From Raillietiella orientalis (Eukaryota), in NCBI GenBank assembly GCA_036172245.1, contig JAYWIR010000060.1, positions 248,001-312,000 of the forward strand: a stretch of DNA of 64,000 bases. The letters are read 5' to 3'. A program made the translations under genes and the position numbers. Below are positions 35,870-47,418 of this stretch, piece after piece (within the stretch, counting starts at the first letter, position 1; every line of letters starts with the position of its first letter). The notes beneath the pieces were generated by a model that saw only the letters and a list, made by a program, of their open reading frames with translations, searched no databases and was not told the origin of the DNA.

Positions 35870-38199
35870 TCACGAGAGGGACCGAAGGGCGGTGTTCACG
35901 ATCTCCTTGAGCCTGTGGTTGAGCAGCGCGTTCACCTGGGGCTGGATCCGCGAGACGAACACCTGCCAGTGTCTGTTGATGTACCTGGTCATCAGAGTGC
36001 CTAGGGACATGGCGGCGATGAGGTCTCCTCCTCTCGGAAAGTTCCGTGCCCACCTATGAAGGAGTTGAACAAGCCCGACCTCCACTCGAACTGGAACCAC
36101 GCATCCTCCGTGCTGGTGCGGAAGTCGAATTCCTCAAACTGGATGACACCCTCGGAGTCGGCCGTCGCGAGCTTCCCGAACCCGACTCCGCTGACGTTCC
36201 CTGGAAGCGAAGGCGGGCAAGGTCACGAAAGCGAGCCCTGACCTTGGTGGATTCCCGGAGCGCGCGCGAGGGGAGGGGGAGGAATTCCGGGAAGCACGGT
36301 GACCTCTGCAGGCACGACGCCGCTGGCGCACCGGGAACCCCGGGAGACCTTTTCACCAAAGAGGCGCCCTTCGGTCTGGCGGAGAGACGGGGAAGGGAAG
36401 GCGTCGCAGGCTCAAGCGACGGCAAAGCGCCCGGGGTGCTCGCGAAGGCAGTCGAGATGGAACGCCGCGACCCCTTGGAGGTCGGCGGCGTCCCCATCGT
36501 CCGGACGGCCGAGAGGGAATAGGCCCTTCGTGCCGCCCTCTTTCGGCCGCGCTTCCTGCCGGCGACTGTGAGGCGGGAACGCGCGAGGTGGCGCTCCAGC
36601 ACACCTCTGGGATCGCCCACTGGGAGTAGTGGTGGAGTCGTCTCGAGCGAGCCTCACTCTAGAGGTTCCCGCACGGCAAAGCTCTGAAGCGGTCGACCGA
36701 CTCCTTCCTGGAGGACGAGCGGCGTTTCGGTCTTCCCCGGAGGTGCGGCCAGGAGAAGAGGGTGGGCTCGACCTACGCAACCGCGCAGGGAAAGCGCGCA
36801 CGCGTCGTCCGAAGAGGGCGTGGGGACGACTCCTGCGGGTGCCGTCCGGTGTCTCCCGAGCGGGCAGGCCTTACGCGCGCCGTCCAGGAGCGAACGGGTC
36901 GGTCCTGAAGGGGACGGGCAGGGGAGGCGAGAACTGGTGGCGCCGGGTCGCACGCTCTGCGGCGGCGGCTGCTCTTACGCAGTTCCCCTTTGAAGTTTCC
37001 TTTGGCATGCATCCACATGGTCAGGAAGTGGCCTTCATTGGCGTACTGGCCGTTCAGCTTGATGAGCGGCACCCTCAGGTTCCAGGAGACGTTGCGGGTG
37101 GCGTCGTCGTACCTGAAGGCGCACCGGAGCTGCGGAAGACTTTCGGCTTGCGAGCGCGGTACTTGATTTGGGTGGTCTTGGCCGTGGAGAAGCCGCGCAG
37201 GACGACTTCGGAGAGGACTGCGGTGACGTTGAAGATCTGGTTGGTTTCGTGGACTCGGACTTCGTCTAAGGTGGAGGGGTCCAGCGAAGGGATGCCGTCC
37301 TCTTTGAACCCCTTCCTCAGGAACGGGGTGACGTCATCGACCAGCTTGCGAAGGCACGACTCCACCAGGTCGTGCTCCTGCAGGCGGCAGTGTTGCCGAG
37401 TCAGACCTGGAGACGAAGGCTCGGAAAAGGAAAGGCTATCATCCCCACCCCACCCCCGTCTTCTCGCGCGAGAGGACCGACCACCAAAGCGAGCCGCAGG
37501 AGCTGCAAGCAGCCAGCGACTGCCTTGAGGAAGGACCAAGACCTTCGAACCGGAAGCCCGCGAGCAGCTGATTCCCGTCAGTCGCCCGCGGGCATCCCGA
37601 ACCCGACCACCGACCGAGGATCCAGGATCCAGGCCGGGAGCGCCTGCCGCGCTCGAAAAACTTTTCAGCGCTCAGTGGCCCTTTCCGGAAAGCGTGTCAC
37701 CATCATCCGCTGAGGTCCGAAGTCCCACCGGGAGGCACCGACCCTTCCAGGACAGACCTCGAGAGTTCTTTCGTGCCCTCCGAAGGCCAGGAAGGACCCG
37801 GAAGAATCCCCGGAGCCGCGCAGAAGACCTGGGAAGGTTCCTTCGGTCCTTCTCGGCTGCCGGAGAGGGACGCGATGCATCGGGAACGCTCCCGTCCCTC
37901 CTCCGGGACCGCCGGTTCTTCCTCCTCGGCGCTCGCCAAGGGACGCAGACCGTTCTTCCTTCCTTCCTGCCCGCAGGACGAGGAAACGACCTCGACGACG
38001 AGCACGCTGATCCGACGAGAGGAAAAGGCGGCGACGTCCGGCGCCCTGGGGTTTCCCTTCGCGCGTGCGCGCGCGCCCGGCCTCACTTACGTGTCCAGGA
38101 GGTGTCGCACAGGGCGAGCGGAACGGCCGTCAGGAGGAGGAGGAGGAAGGGGAAGGGGAGAGGGGTCCAGACTTCACTCTCGCCGCTAGCGAGCAGCAT
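35870..38199 (-). CDS. Takeout/JHBP family secreted protein, paralogue 2, 254 aa, 5 exons
   Basis: Exons 38199-38091, 37406-37163, 37112-36979, 36200-36054 and 36000-35870 total 765 nt, are GT-AG, and have the same phases (1,2,1,1) as paralogue 1. Hydrophobic leader FLLLLLTAVPLALC; HCRLQEHDLVESCL; GIPSLDP; IKLNGQY; YINRHWQVFVSRIQP. AATAAA on the minus strand at 35770-35775. Confidence 0.88.
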
Positions 38200-38313
38200 G
38201 ATGCGCTTCCCGAGCGATCCCGGAAGGTCCTGTCTTTTACAGCGGCTGCCTGCCTGCCTGCTGGGCGCTGCTCCGCTTGGGCCACCGACGTGCGCCGGGA
38301 GACCCGTCCAAGG

Positions 38314-38351
38314 AACTGCGGCGGAAGTCACCTGGCAGCCGAGGATTTATA
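38314..38351 (-). promoter_or_regulatory. Candidate core promoter (TATA box plus initiator) of takeout-like paralogue 2
   Basis: Minus-strand TATAAAT at 38351-38345 and an initiator-like GCAGTT at 38319-38314, about 30 nt downstream and about 120 nt upstream of the ATG, in otherwise GC-rich sequence. Confidence 0.55.
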
Positions 38352-40249
38352 AGACGTCTGCCGGCGACCCGTTTCGGGCTCAGGCCCGACTAATGGACCT
38401 CCGCCCCCGGAATCCCCGCGCTCCCCGAGCCGGCAAAGCCGACCCAACAAAGCAGCTGCTCGGAATTCCCGCAAGCGGGGGAGTTCAGGGCGCGCGCGCG
38501 AGGCGTCGCGGGAGGAGGGAAGGGGGGAGGGGAGGAATGGAATGGAATGTTTTTCTTCCCGGCCCCAACAGAACATCTCCCCCTGTGCGTGGCAGGCAAG
38601 CGTTCCGGTGAACGCGCCCGCGCCCCTTCGCCTCCCGGGTGCGTCCGGGATAGTGGGCGCCGAGGTGATGAGCTTCGGTTTATTGCCGCCCATCGGCAGC
38701 GGCGGGACCTTCTAGGCGAAGAGGCGGGAAATGACCTTGGTTTTTGCACGGGGAGATCTATCTACGGGGAGATTATTGGTCCGAAATGTCCCTCGCGTTC
38801 CCGGACAGCATTTTTTTCTTTTTTTTTCAGGGTCGCTTCCTCTTTGCACGCACCGAACTCTTTCCCTCCAGCTGAAAAGCCACGGTTTCCACGGAGACGA
38901 TCGCGCTGCTCTAACCCGGAGGTGGTCACGGTGGTGTTCACGTCGCAGGCAGACAACAACTGCCCTCCGAGCCCTTTGACGCGGCTGAAACCAATGGCGG
39001 GCGCGGGCCACGGTGCTCCAGATGGATGTAAAACTTCAGTCGATTGTGCTGCCGACCGGGAGGAAAGCCAACCTACAGGAGGTCGCGGCGCCCGCACCTC
39101 GACTCCTCTCTCTGCGAACACCCCGTGACCCCTGCGTGGTGGCTCCGGAAAGGAAACAGGCCGACGGGGCAGCTTCGCCTGGAGCGATCTCTGGCAACTG
39201 CCCGAAGACGACGCGGATCGAATGTGGAGGGATGCGGGGGCCACCAAGGGGGGCTCTTCAGCATCCAGGGGGTCTTCCCTCCCGAGGTCAGTCGCGAACT
39301 CCGCGTCTGTCCTGGAGGCTTCTTCGTCGCGTTCCAAAGACAGACGGGCGAGAGCCTCCGCTTCATCCGTCAACCTGCCTCCCGCCCCGCAGCAGCCAAC
39401 CCTCTGGACCAGCATCTCTCCCAGGGACTCATAGGCCTCGGGCGCACAGTAAAGTGCTTCCTTCTCGCTTGGGGGGGAGGAGGGGGAAGGGGCATTGCGT
39501 GACCTCTGCGCGCTCGTTCCGAGCTTACGGTTCGTCCCCGTCCTCCGCCCTGACAGTCGAAACGACCCTTCAGGTCGGTGCGTTCCCGGCGGCACCCTGC
39601 CTCTTCGTCCAAGGGACGGAAACGTCTTTGGTTTCCTGGCCATTCCGGGAGGAAGGGGAGGGGTGGAGCCGCCCGCTTGGCGAGGAGACGGACGGCTGCA
39701 ACGCCTCGCCGAACGAAAAGCACGCGAAGCTCCCCTGGCAGCGGACGCAGCCCTTCGCTCAGTTGGTGGTGCCCGCACCAGCCACGTCCCCTCCCGCTTG
39801 CCGGAGACTCTCGACGCGCCCTGACCTCTCACTGCTCCGCCCTCCCGCCCCTTCCAGGGAGGTTCCTCGCTAAAGAGAAGCGACTCGCTGTGCCACTGAA
39901 TGAGCGCCTCCGGGCGCTTCGTTTGTCGACCCTCCCCGTCGCCAAGCGAGCGAAAGCGCCGGCTGAAGGTCGACCACGGCTCTGACACCCGCCCAAAGGG
40001 ATGCCACCGCGCGGGTTGAGCGGAACGCGTGCGGGATGCCCCTGGCGGAGACCGTCCGAACTGTTTGGGGGAACTCTGAATCTCCGCCAGCCTGGAAAAC
40101 TCCGGCACGAATTTCCCGCAAGGGCGAACCGCGGTCACCCACCGGGAGCCGCGAAAGGAGTCCCGACGGCATCGCGGCTTCCCGGAGGGAGAGGACGCGA
40201 CCAGACGGCTGCCGGTTCGCGCGGAAGAGCGACAGACAACCGGGAGGGA

Positions 40250-40952
40250 AGAGGAGCAGCAGCACTCGAAAGGAACCCCAGAGCCTCTTCTCTTCTCTGC
40301 GAACGCCGAGACTCCACCGCGTGGCGGACTGTCACCGCGGCTTGGGCGCAGCAGCATCCCGTTCCCACGGCGGTGCCCGTCTGCAACGAGTCCTTAGCGG
40401 GGACTCCTCCGGTTGGCCGAGACGGGTCGCCGACACATATCCTCCAGAGCACTGCAGAACCTGGAGCAGATCGGGGAGGAGGCAGCTCCACCGGGAACTT
40501 GACGCCCGCGCTGGTCGCGCTGGAATGCCCCCGGGGAGGGAACGGCAGAACGTCCTCCGGTTCCCAGCTCAGCGGGAACACGCGAGTGCCCTCGCGCTCA
40601 GGGCAGGGACCGCGAGTTCCGCGGGGGTGATCTCGAGCAGGAGTGATCCCCACCCCTTCGCCCGGAAGAAAGGAGCGGGGGCGGCGTCCATCAACGCGCG
40701 CACGTCTTGCAGCAACCAGCCCGTCGGTTGGCTGCAGTCGCCGGTTGCCCCGAGGGCAGACTGCGCTTGGGCGAGGGGAGAGACGGCCACTCGGGACCGC
40801 TGCGTCCAATCCCGCGGGATGCCTCCATGCGGCTGGCATGGGAGCTCCCGCAGCGGATACGCGGTTCCTCCGGACGCACTTCCAGAGTGGCCGCCAGGGA
40901 CTCCAATGCCTCCTTTCCCCAGGCGTCCCAGTTTGGGAGGCGGCAGGAGGTC
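40250..40952 (-). mobile_element. LINE ORF2 C-terminal fragment; near-identical inverted copy of 45961-46439
   Basis: 40468-40952 is the reverse complement of 45961-46439 with few differences. It encodes TRVFPLSWEP, homologous to RILPLKWQE. Confidence 0.75.
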
Positions 40953-41760
40953 CATGGGAGAGCTGAAGTTCGCCACGACCCCGAGAGTCCTGCCGCATGG
41001 ACTAACGAGATGGAGCGGGCTGCTCGGCATCCCCACGGATTCCCGGAAGTGGCCTCCAGTGCTGAACGGATCCAGGATTCTTCCTCTGAAGTGGCAAGAG
41101 TCGGCGCCTCTGTTGTTGCTTTGGGGTCTACCCTGCAACGCGCGTCGCTTCTACTGGACGCGGGGGAATTCTCACCCGGTCACGCCGGGGCGTTTATTAA
41201 TAAACACTTTACATTTGCGGTACTAGGTCCCGCTACGGCCAATATTTCATGGGACCAGCCGATCGCGATTCGAAGGTAGCGACCCGCGTGTACGATGGCG
41301 TCCCTATCGCTGCTTCCTCTGATAGCTGAATGTGCTGCCCTCCGACCCCTCTGGGAACGTTTTGAGACTACCCTGGGGATACCGGTTGGCAGCCTCCCTA
41401 GAGACGTTTTCCGGCTTCTCTTCGTGCGGGACGCCCTGCAGCCAGCCGCAGCCCTGGCCGCACTCTGCTGCATCCGTGGCGTCGTGGCGGCTTGGAGTGA
41501 AGCCAAGGACGAACACCACAACGTGAGGGACGTCATCCCGTATGCTGTTCGCTTCCTGGTGAGAGCAACCGGATGGATGCAGCTGGGTGGAATGCAGAAG
41601 GACCCGAGGGCATCCCGCGAAGGATGGACCCTCCTCGCGGTGGTCTGTGATCCCTTCCCGCCCCTCCAATTTCTTTTTGTTTCCCTTATTTTTTATTTTT
41701 GTTTTTCCCCGATCCCCCTTCCACCGCCGAGGAGAGTGACGCTGGTCGGCGTCCCGGCGT
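40953..41760 (+). mobile_element. LINE ORF2 C-terminus plus T-rich 3' UTR start, interrupted at about 41169-41275
   Basis: RWSGLLGIP...RILPLKWQESAPLLLLWGLPCNA. 41330-41560 matches the reverse complement of about 5450-5630 (ctcttcgtgc...cgccctgcagccaRccgcagccct). T-rich at 41670-41707. Confidence 0.78.
41169..41275 (-). mobile_element. About 100-bp LINE 3' terminus nested antisense
   Basis: The minus strand reads AATAAACGC-CCCGG-CGTGA-CCGGG-TGAGAA (hairpin 41175-41189). No TSD was recognised. Confidence 0.7.
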
Positions 41761-42779
41761 TCCGGGTGGCAACCTCCACCCCAATAGCTCTCGCGGGCAG
41801 AGCCGCGGCAGCACTGCAAGAACCGAAGGTCCCTCTCCCTGTCGGCTGACCACGAGCAGAAGGGAAGCAGCAGCTCCATCCGCTCCAGCGGGCACCCCCA
41901 GGAGGGGTGACGTCGACGCGGCTTCCGTCACGTGGCCGACAGTCCTTTGCGAAGCCCCCAAGCCCGGAGACCCCGGGAACGGCGATCCCTAGGGATGGAA
42001 ATCCTGAAAACGCAACCCACCGTCTTAGGCGTGCGTTAACGCCGAGCCGCAAGGAATGAAAGGGAAGGCAGGCAGGCAACAGGGGCGAAGGAGGGAATTC
42101 AACGCGTTGAAATGGCGCAACGGGGGCTCGCGCCCCAGCGCCCCACCTGAGCGGGAAGACTGCCGAAGGAGCTCTTCCTCCTTTCCTCAGAAGCTTCCAG
42201 ACCTCCTGCGGGCCCGAGGTCGAAAGCGTGCGGCTTAGCCGGGAGGCCAGCGTCCAGCGGCGCTTCTGACTGACTCGCCTCCTCCCCTTCCCTGACCAAG
42301 TCCTCCGGAGCACGTCTGGGGCCCCAGTGAATGGGGTAGCTTCCTTCGCGATCGCCACCCACCCTCCGGGCTCCTGCCCACACGCCCCGCTCAACGTGAG
42401 ATGCCCCCCTTTCCTTTCCGGGTGGTGCGTCACGCCCTCGCTCGCACTCGCAGCACACAGCGCCTCGAGCAAATGTCGGAAGCACCAGGATGGGTCAAAG
42501 AGCAGAGGTGCCCGCCGACCTCTCTTCGTCTCCTTGAGAATTGCGTCCGTCCGTGCATCCGACGCTCGAAGCCGCGCGCCGTGGTTTCGAACCCCTCGCG
42601 GAGGGGGGAGCGTCCTCGAGAACCGGGGATGCCCCGCGCGGGTTTCGAGTTTTCCCTCTCCCCCGTGCTGTATGGCGTCAGTTTGCCCCAGTTGGCTTCG
42701 TGTGCAACACCGTTTGAGGCCAGAAACCTCCGGATGCCCATCTTCCCGTCTACTGGCCTTCGGGATTGGAAGTGGACTC

Positions 42780-43250
42780 TCCGGGGTCATTCCAAGGATG
42801 CCCAAGGGTTGGTTCCCCTGGTGGCCCCCTCCTAAGAGAGCGAAAGGGGAACGGACGCCTTCCTCCGAAGAGGACTTCCTATTCGGAGTGGCCCCTCTGG
42901 GGTTGCCCCCTGACCTCTGAAGAGCTGACACGCATCCCAGGCGACGCGGGTGGTGCTGCAGCATCCCTTGGGAAATCTCTCCCCCCCATCTCTCAAAAAA
43001 TAAAAAGAATTATAAACGAACCCAAAGGGACTTTTCGCCTTCCCGATTTCCGGAGTGTCCTTGAAAAGGCAGCGGGGCTGCGGTTGTCTTCCCGTTCCTG
43101 TGACCTGGATGCAACAAGCAGGGAGGCTCTCCGGTGGACGGACGGAGGGCAGGAAACCCGGACGCCGAAGAACCAAGCCCTGCATGACGTTTCCATGGCG
43201 ATTTACCCTCCCGGATGTCCGAGCTTGTGGCGCAGGGACGCTTGCGTTTC
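42780..43250 (-). repeat. Possible third subfamily-B-like relic
   Basis: gaaaggggaacggac...ccttcctccg (42842-42866) is shared with 6411-6441, followed by an A-rich tract at 42995-43010 in the same relative position. Confidence 0.3.
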
Positions 43251-45310
43251 CGCCTCCTTCATCACCCGCGCAGCCAGGTGGAGCGCTAAGGGGGATCTCT
43301 GGCGGTCGTGCCTGGAAGCACCGCGCCATTCGCATGGTGGCGAGAGCGGCGCCATTGCCTTGCCAGGCAGAGGCGGCGGGAGTGAGACACCCTGATCTCC
43401 ACGAAGAGATCGCCACCAAAGGAAGATACGAAGGCATCCGGGTGAGATGGACGTCGTCCACTCGGAAGCCGAACGGAGCTGAACTTGTCGGACTTCGCTG
43501 TTCCTGATAGGGAAAAGGTGCCCTCCCCCTCCTTCGGCGGTCGTTCAGCCTCCGCAAGAGCTTGCTCTGCAAGATGCACGAAATGGACCCTTGCTCTCTT
43601 CGGGCGTGGCCCGGCCTCGGAGGCGCACCGCCCTACCTGCAATCAGGGACCTCGGATGCAGAACTGCCCAGCTCGCTGCCCGAAGCGAGAGTCGCCAGAT
43701 GCGAAGAGCTACCGTCTCCGAGGCTTCGATTGGACTGCTATCGCAGGTCTCAGGGTCGCGTGGAATGCGCGTTTCGATCCGCACGCCACGTGCGGTTTGG
43801 CTCGCCCTTTCGCGCCTACGGAATTCCCGTTTCGGAGAAAAGGGAAATAAAATCCAAATTTGAACTCCGAGATCGAAGCTGCTTTGAAGTGCTGGCACTT
43901 CGAAAACGCGCTATTTTGTAGGAAAGAAGGGCAAAAAATGGCGTCTTTCAAATTACAGGAAGCCCCCGTGCAGCCCGGGGATACGTTATGCGTTGTACGA
44001 GTCCTGTGGGTTCCGCGCTGATGACATGGCAACGTGCATAGGAACTGAGATGCGCCGCAAGCGCCACGGCAGTAGAACATTCACCAGGAAGCCAAAGCTG
44101 CGGAAGGATTCGGAGGTTCGTCGCCACCTCGCCAACTTCAGAGCAGCTCTGTCGTTTGGGCTCCACCACCCTCGCTGCACAACAAACTGCATGAGCCACG
44201 TGCTTGCGCGCTTTCCGAGAAAGAAGAAAAAAGGCAGCTCGACCAACGCACTCGTCCAGATGAAACGAAATTCGACCACAGCGTCGTGCAGGACGTCGTG
44301 CACCGCTCTTTACGGGCCTCTGCTGCATTCGGCTGTATCGGTGAACTTGCCGGCGGCACCAGGGCTGGCGTGGAAAAGGACAGGAGGCCTCCATGTTGCT
44401 GGGGGTTCGTGGGAATCTCCCACCAGGGACGGGGGCGGCGTCTCCCGCGCAGGCGCACCCGAAAAACAGGACGAAAGAGCTGGAAGCCGGACCCAGGAGA
44501 GGGCATGCGAACTTCGCTGCCGTCCCCTCTCCTCTCAAGATTCCCGTCGGCACGAGCCTGAAAGAAACGCACGTCCGCGGCACTCCATTCGCCGCTCGCT
44601 GAAGGTGGTCGTGAAGTGCCTGAGGAAGGCCCTGCGGGCCCAGAAAATCCCTCGTGCCGCAACGTCGATCATCCTTGCGGGATAGCCAGGACAGCCGCCA
44701 GCCCGCGAAGTGGGAAGGGAATTGAGAGATCGCAGGAAAAGGGAAGCAGCTGGGATGTTGGGCGGCGCGTCAACTGGATGACGCTTCCACCTCCTCCTAC
44801 CGCCGCCAACCACCCGAAAGGACTTCGCAGGACGGATCTACCGCGTTGTACGACGGAGGCTGCCAGTTCCCCGTCGTGCTGTCACGGGGATCCACCGCGC
44901 TTCGCAAAGCCGAAACCGCCACTCCCGGTGGCGCGTTCCGCGCGAGCCGCCGTCAGTGAGTAGGAAGTGTGGCCAATCGGTGGAAGACCGATGCGCAGGT
45001 GCAGCTGGTGCTCCGGGAGTGCCTGTGCAGGGCGGCCTCCCGTGGCAGACGGGACTCTCCGAACTGTCACGCACGCCAGCGCGTGCGCGTATCGGTTGCA
45101 CTCTATTGCGCACGGTCACCACGGCGAATTCTGAGTCCCGAGGTCACCACCACATGGCGCACTCTCTACGACGGGAAGGCAGATGCACAGCCGCAGAAGA
45201 GCACTCGGGAAATCACCTCACTGCTGCCTTTTTGCGCGCAGCTCTCGTTGGTTCCCATCGTGCAAGGAGGTTGGCCAGGTAGCACGGGCTGGAGGAAGCT
45301 CTGACCAGCT

Positions 45311-45692
45311 TCACTTGGACCTCGTGTACTTGGTCACAGCTTTCGAGCCTTCCGAGACGGCGTGCTTGGCTAGTTCCCCGGGCAGCAACATGCGCACCGC
45401 CGTGTGCACGTCCCGGTTGGTGATGGTCCCGTGCGCTCGTTGTAGTGAGGACAGGAGCGGGACGCTCTTGCTGCGATGTTATCGAATACGTCATTCACGA
45501 AGCGGTTCACAATCGACATGGTCTTGCTGGAGACACCTCCATCCGGGTGCACCTGTTTCAAAACTCTTTATAGATGTGAATGGCGTAACTCTGCTTCCTC
45601 TTGCGCTTCTTCTTTTTGCATCCCTTCGTGGTGTTCTTCTGCACTTTGCTTGCCTTCCTCGCTGCCTTCCCACTACCGGACTTCGGAGCCAT
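45311..45692 (-). pseudogene. His2B: Histone H2B pseudogene (orphan), two frameshifts
   Basis: Translates as [42 protein letters not shown], shift near 45565, [44 protein letters not shown], shift near 45428, [38 protein letters not shown]. It is collinear with arthropod H2B and intronless. Confidence 0.93.
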
Positions 45693-45849
45693 CGCGAATC
45701 CACACAGCAATGCATCTCTCTGCACTCTGCAGACCGTTGAAGCGCAGCAGCAGCTGTGAGACCCGGCCGAAGAATACTTCGGTTACTGGCACCCAGGATG
45801 ACCTTTTCGCCGTTCGCTGCTTGGTCAACCCTCTTTTCTTCCGCCGGAG

Positions 45850-46990
45850 ATGCGCTGGCAGCAAAGGACATCTTTCACTTCTCCCGCGCAGCCGGTATAG
45901 GAGGACTGGTTTCGGCCACCCCCTGAGACATCTGTCCTCGCCGCTGGAAGCTCTTCCTTCGACCTCCTGCCGCCTCCCAAACTGAGACGCCTGGGGAAAG
46001 GAGGCATTGGAGTCCCTGGCGGACACTCTGGAAGTGCGTCCGGAGGAACTGCGTATCCGCTGAGGGATATGCCAGCCGCATGGAGGCATCCCGCGGGATT
46101 GGACGCAGCGGTCCCGAGTGGCCGTCTCTCCCCTCGCCCAAGCGCAGTCTGCCTTCGGGGCAACCGCCGACTGCAGCCAACCGACGGGCTGGTTGCTGCA
46201 AGACGTGCGCGCGTTGATGGACGCCGCCCCCGCTCCTTTCTTCCGGGCGAAGGGGTGAGGATCACTCCTGCTCGAGATCACCCCCGCGGAACTCGCGGTC
46301 CCTGCCCTGAGCGCGAGGGCACTCGCGTGTTCCCGCTGCGCTGGGAACCGGAGGACGTTCTGCCGTTCCCTCCCCGGGGGCATTCCAGCGCGACCAGCGC
46401 GGGCGTCAAGTTCCCAGGGGAGCTGCCTCCTTCCCGATCTGTTTCGGGCGCGGGGCGATCGACTCGTTCCCACATCCCCTGCTGGATACTGCAGTGCCCT
46501 CGAGGACGCTCGGCGACGACCCTCTTCGGCGGTCCGCCGTTCGCCACGACGCTGCTTCGCGCCTGATGCGGAGATTTCTTTTCCCTGAAGGCAGGCTGCC
46601 GGGGAGGGCGGGGGGAGGCGTCACGATGGCAACGAGACGCTGCAGCCACGCCAACGTCGCAGCAGAGGGAGGCGCCATGCGGATGGAAGCCGCCTGGATG
46701 AGGATGGCTGCGAGGCGGCCTCACCTGCAAGAAGTCGCCAGAGAGATCGCCAGCATCCAGCGCCACTCTAGGAAGGAAAGAGCAGCTGAAACCAAAGACC
46801 ACTGCCCTACGCTCTCGCGTTTTTGTATTTGTTTATTGCCTCCTCTCTCCCGGGTTCCTGTCTTAGAAGCTGGTCTGTGGGCTGGTGGTCATTCCTAATG
46901 AACGTCTCTTGGTGTATTCAGGGGATGCCGTCCCCTCTCACTTGTAATTTATTTATTTTTGGATAAACGTCCCGACGTGGCCGTGTACAA
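45850..46990 (+). mobile_element. 5'-truncated LINE copy (ORF2 C-terminus to 3' end)
   Basis: GGIPRDW, TRVFPLRWEP, knuckle remnant ICFGRGAIDSFPHPLLD, T-rich tract, hairpin AGGGGA-tgccg-TCCCCT (46920-46936), and degenerate terminus GATAAACGTCCCGACGTGGCCGTGTACAAA. Confidence 0.72.
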
Positions 46991-47304
46991 ACCAATCCCT
47001 CGAATCTCGAGACGCCCTGGTATTCCCAATCCTCCGAGGGATGCACACCAATTGCGCCCCTGCAAGAAACCCGGTTGGACGTCCTGAAAGAACAGCAGAT
47101 AAGATGCGAACGTCCCCCATTTCCTGGAAACACTTTATTTTTTATGCATGGAGGCCATCATCGATGGAATGCTCTCGCCTGCTTGTTTTTTTCCTCACAG
47201 CCGTCCCCATGGCCATTTTAGATTTTTTCCGACCGCCTGGAACTCGCAACTGAACCGTTTACGTGACAGTGCCAAAGACCGAACGAAAGAGCATGAGAAC
47301 GAAG

Positions 47305-47418
47305 GTGACGCGATGGTGCTTCGCGTTTGCTGCGGAGAATTATTTCCCCGGAAGGCACGCTGATGGGGGAGGGAGTCGCGATGGCAACGAGACGCTGCGT
47401 CCGCGCCAACGTCGCAGT
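47305..47418 (+). repeat. Diverged partial copy of 46545-46662
   Basis: Shares tgcttcgcg...tgcggaga...gaaggca.gctg...cgatggcaacgagacgctgc...cgccaacgtcgcag. Confidence 0.7.

Noticed and set aside
40930..40970. Twin-priming 5' inversion at the head-to-head LINE junction
   Set aside because: Both sides cover the same ORF2 region and are diverged from each other, so they are two separate elements.
43961..43985. CCCGT-GCAGC-CCGGG as a further LINE terminus
   Set aside because: It lacks AATAAA, the U-rich spacer and the TGA(n) end.
46619..46633. GTCACGATGGCAAC as an RFX X-box
   Set aside because: It is an imperfect match inside a repeated element, with no linked promoter.
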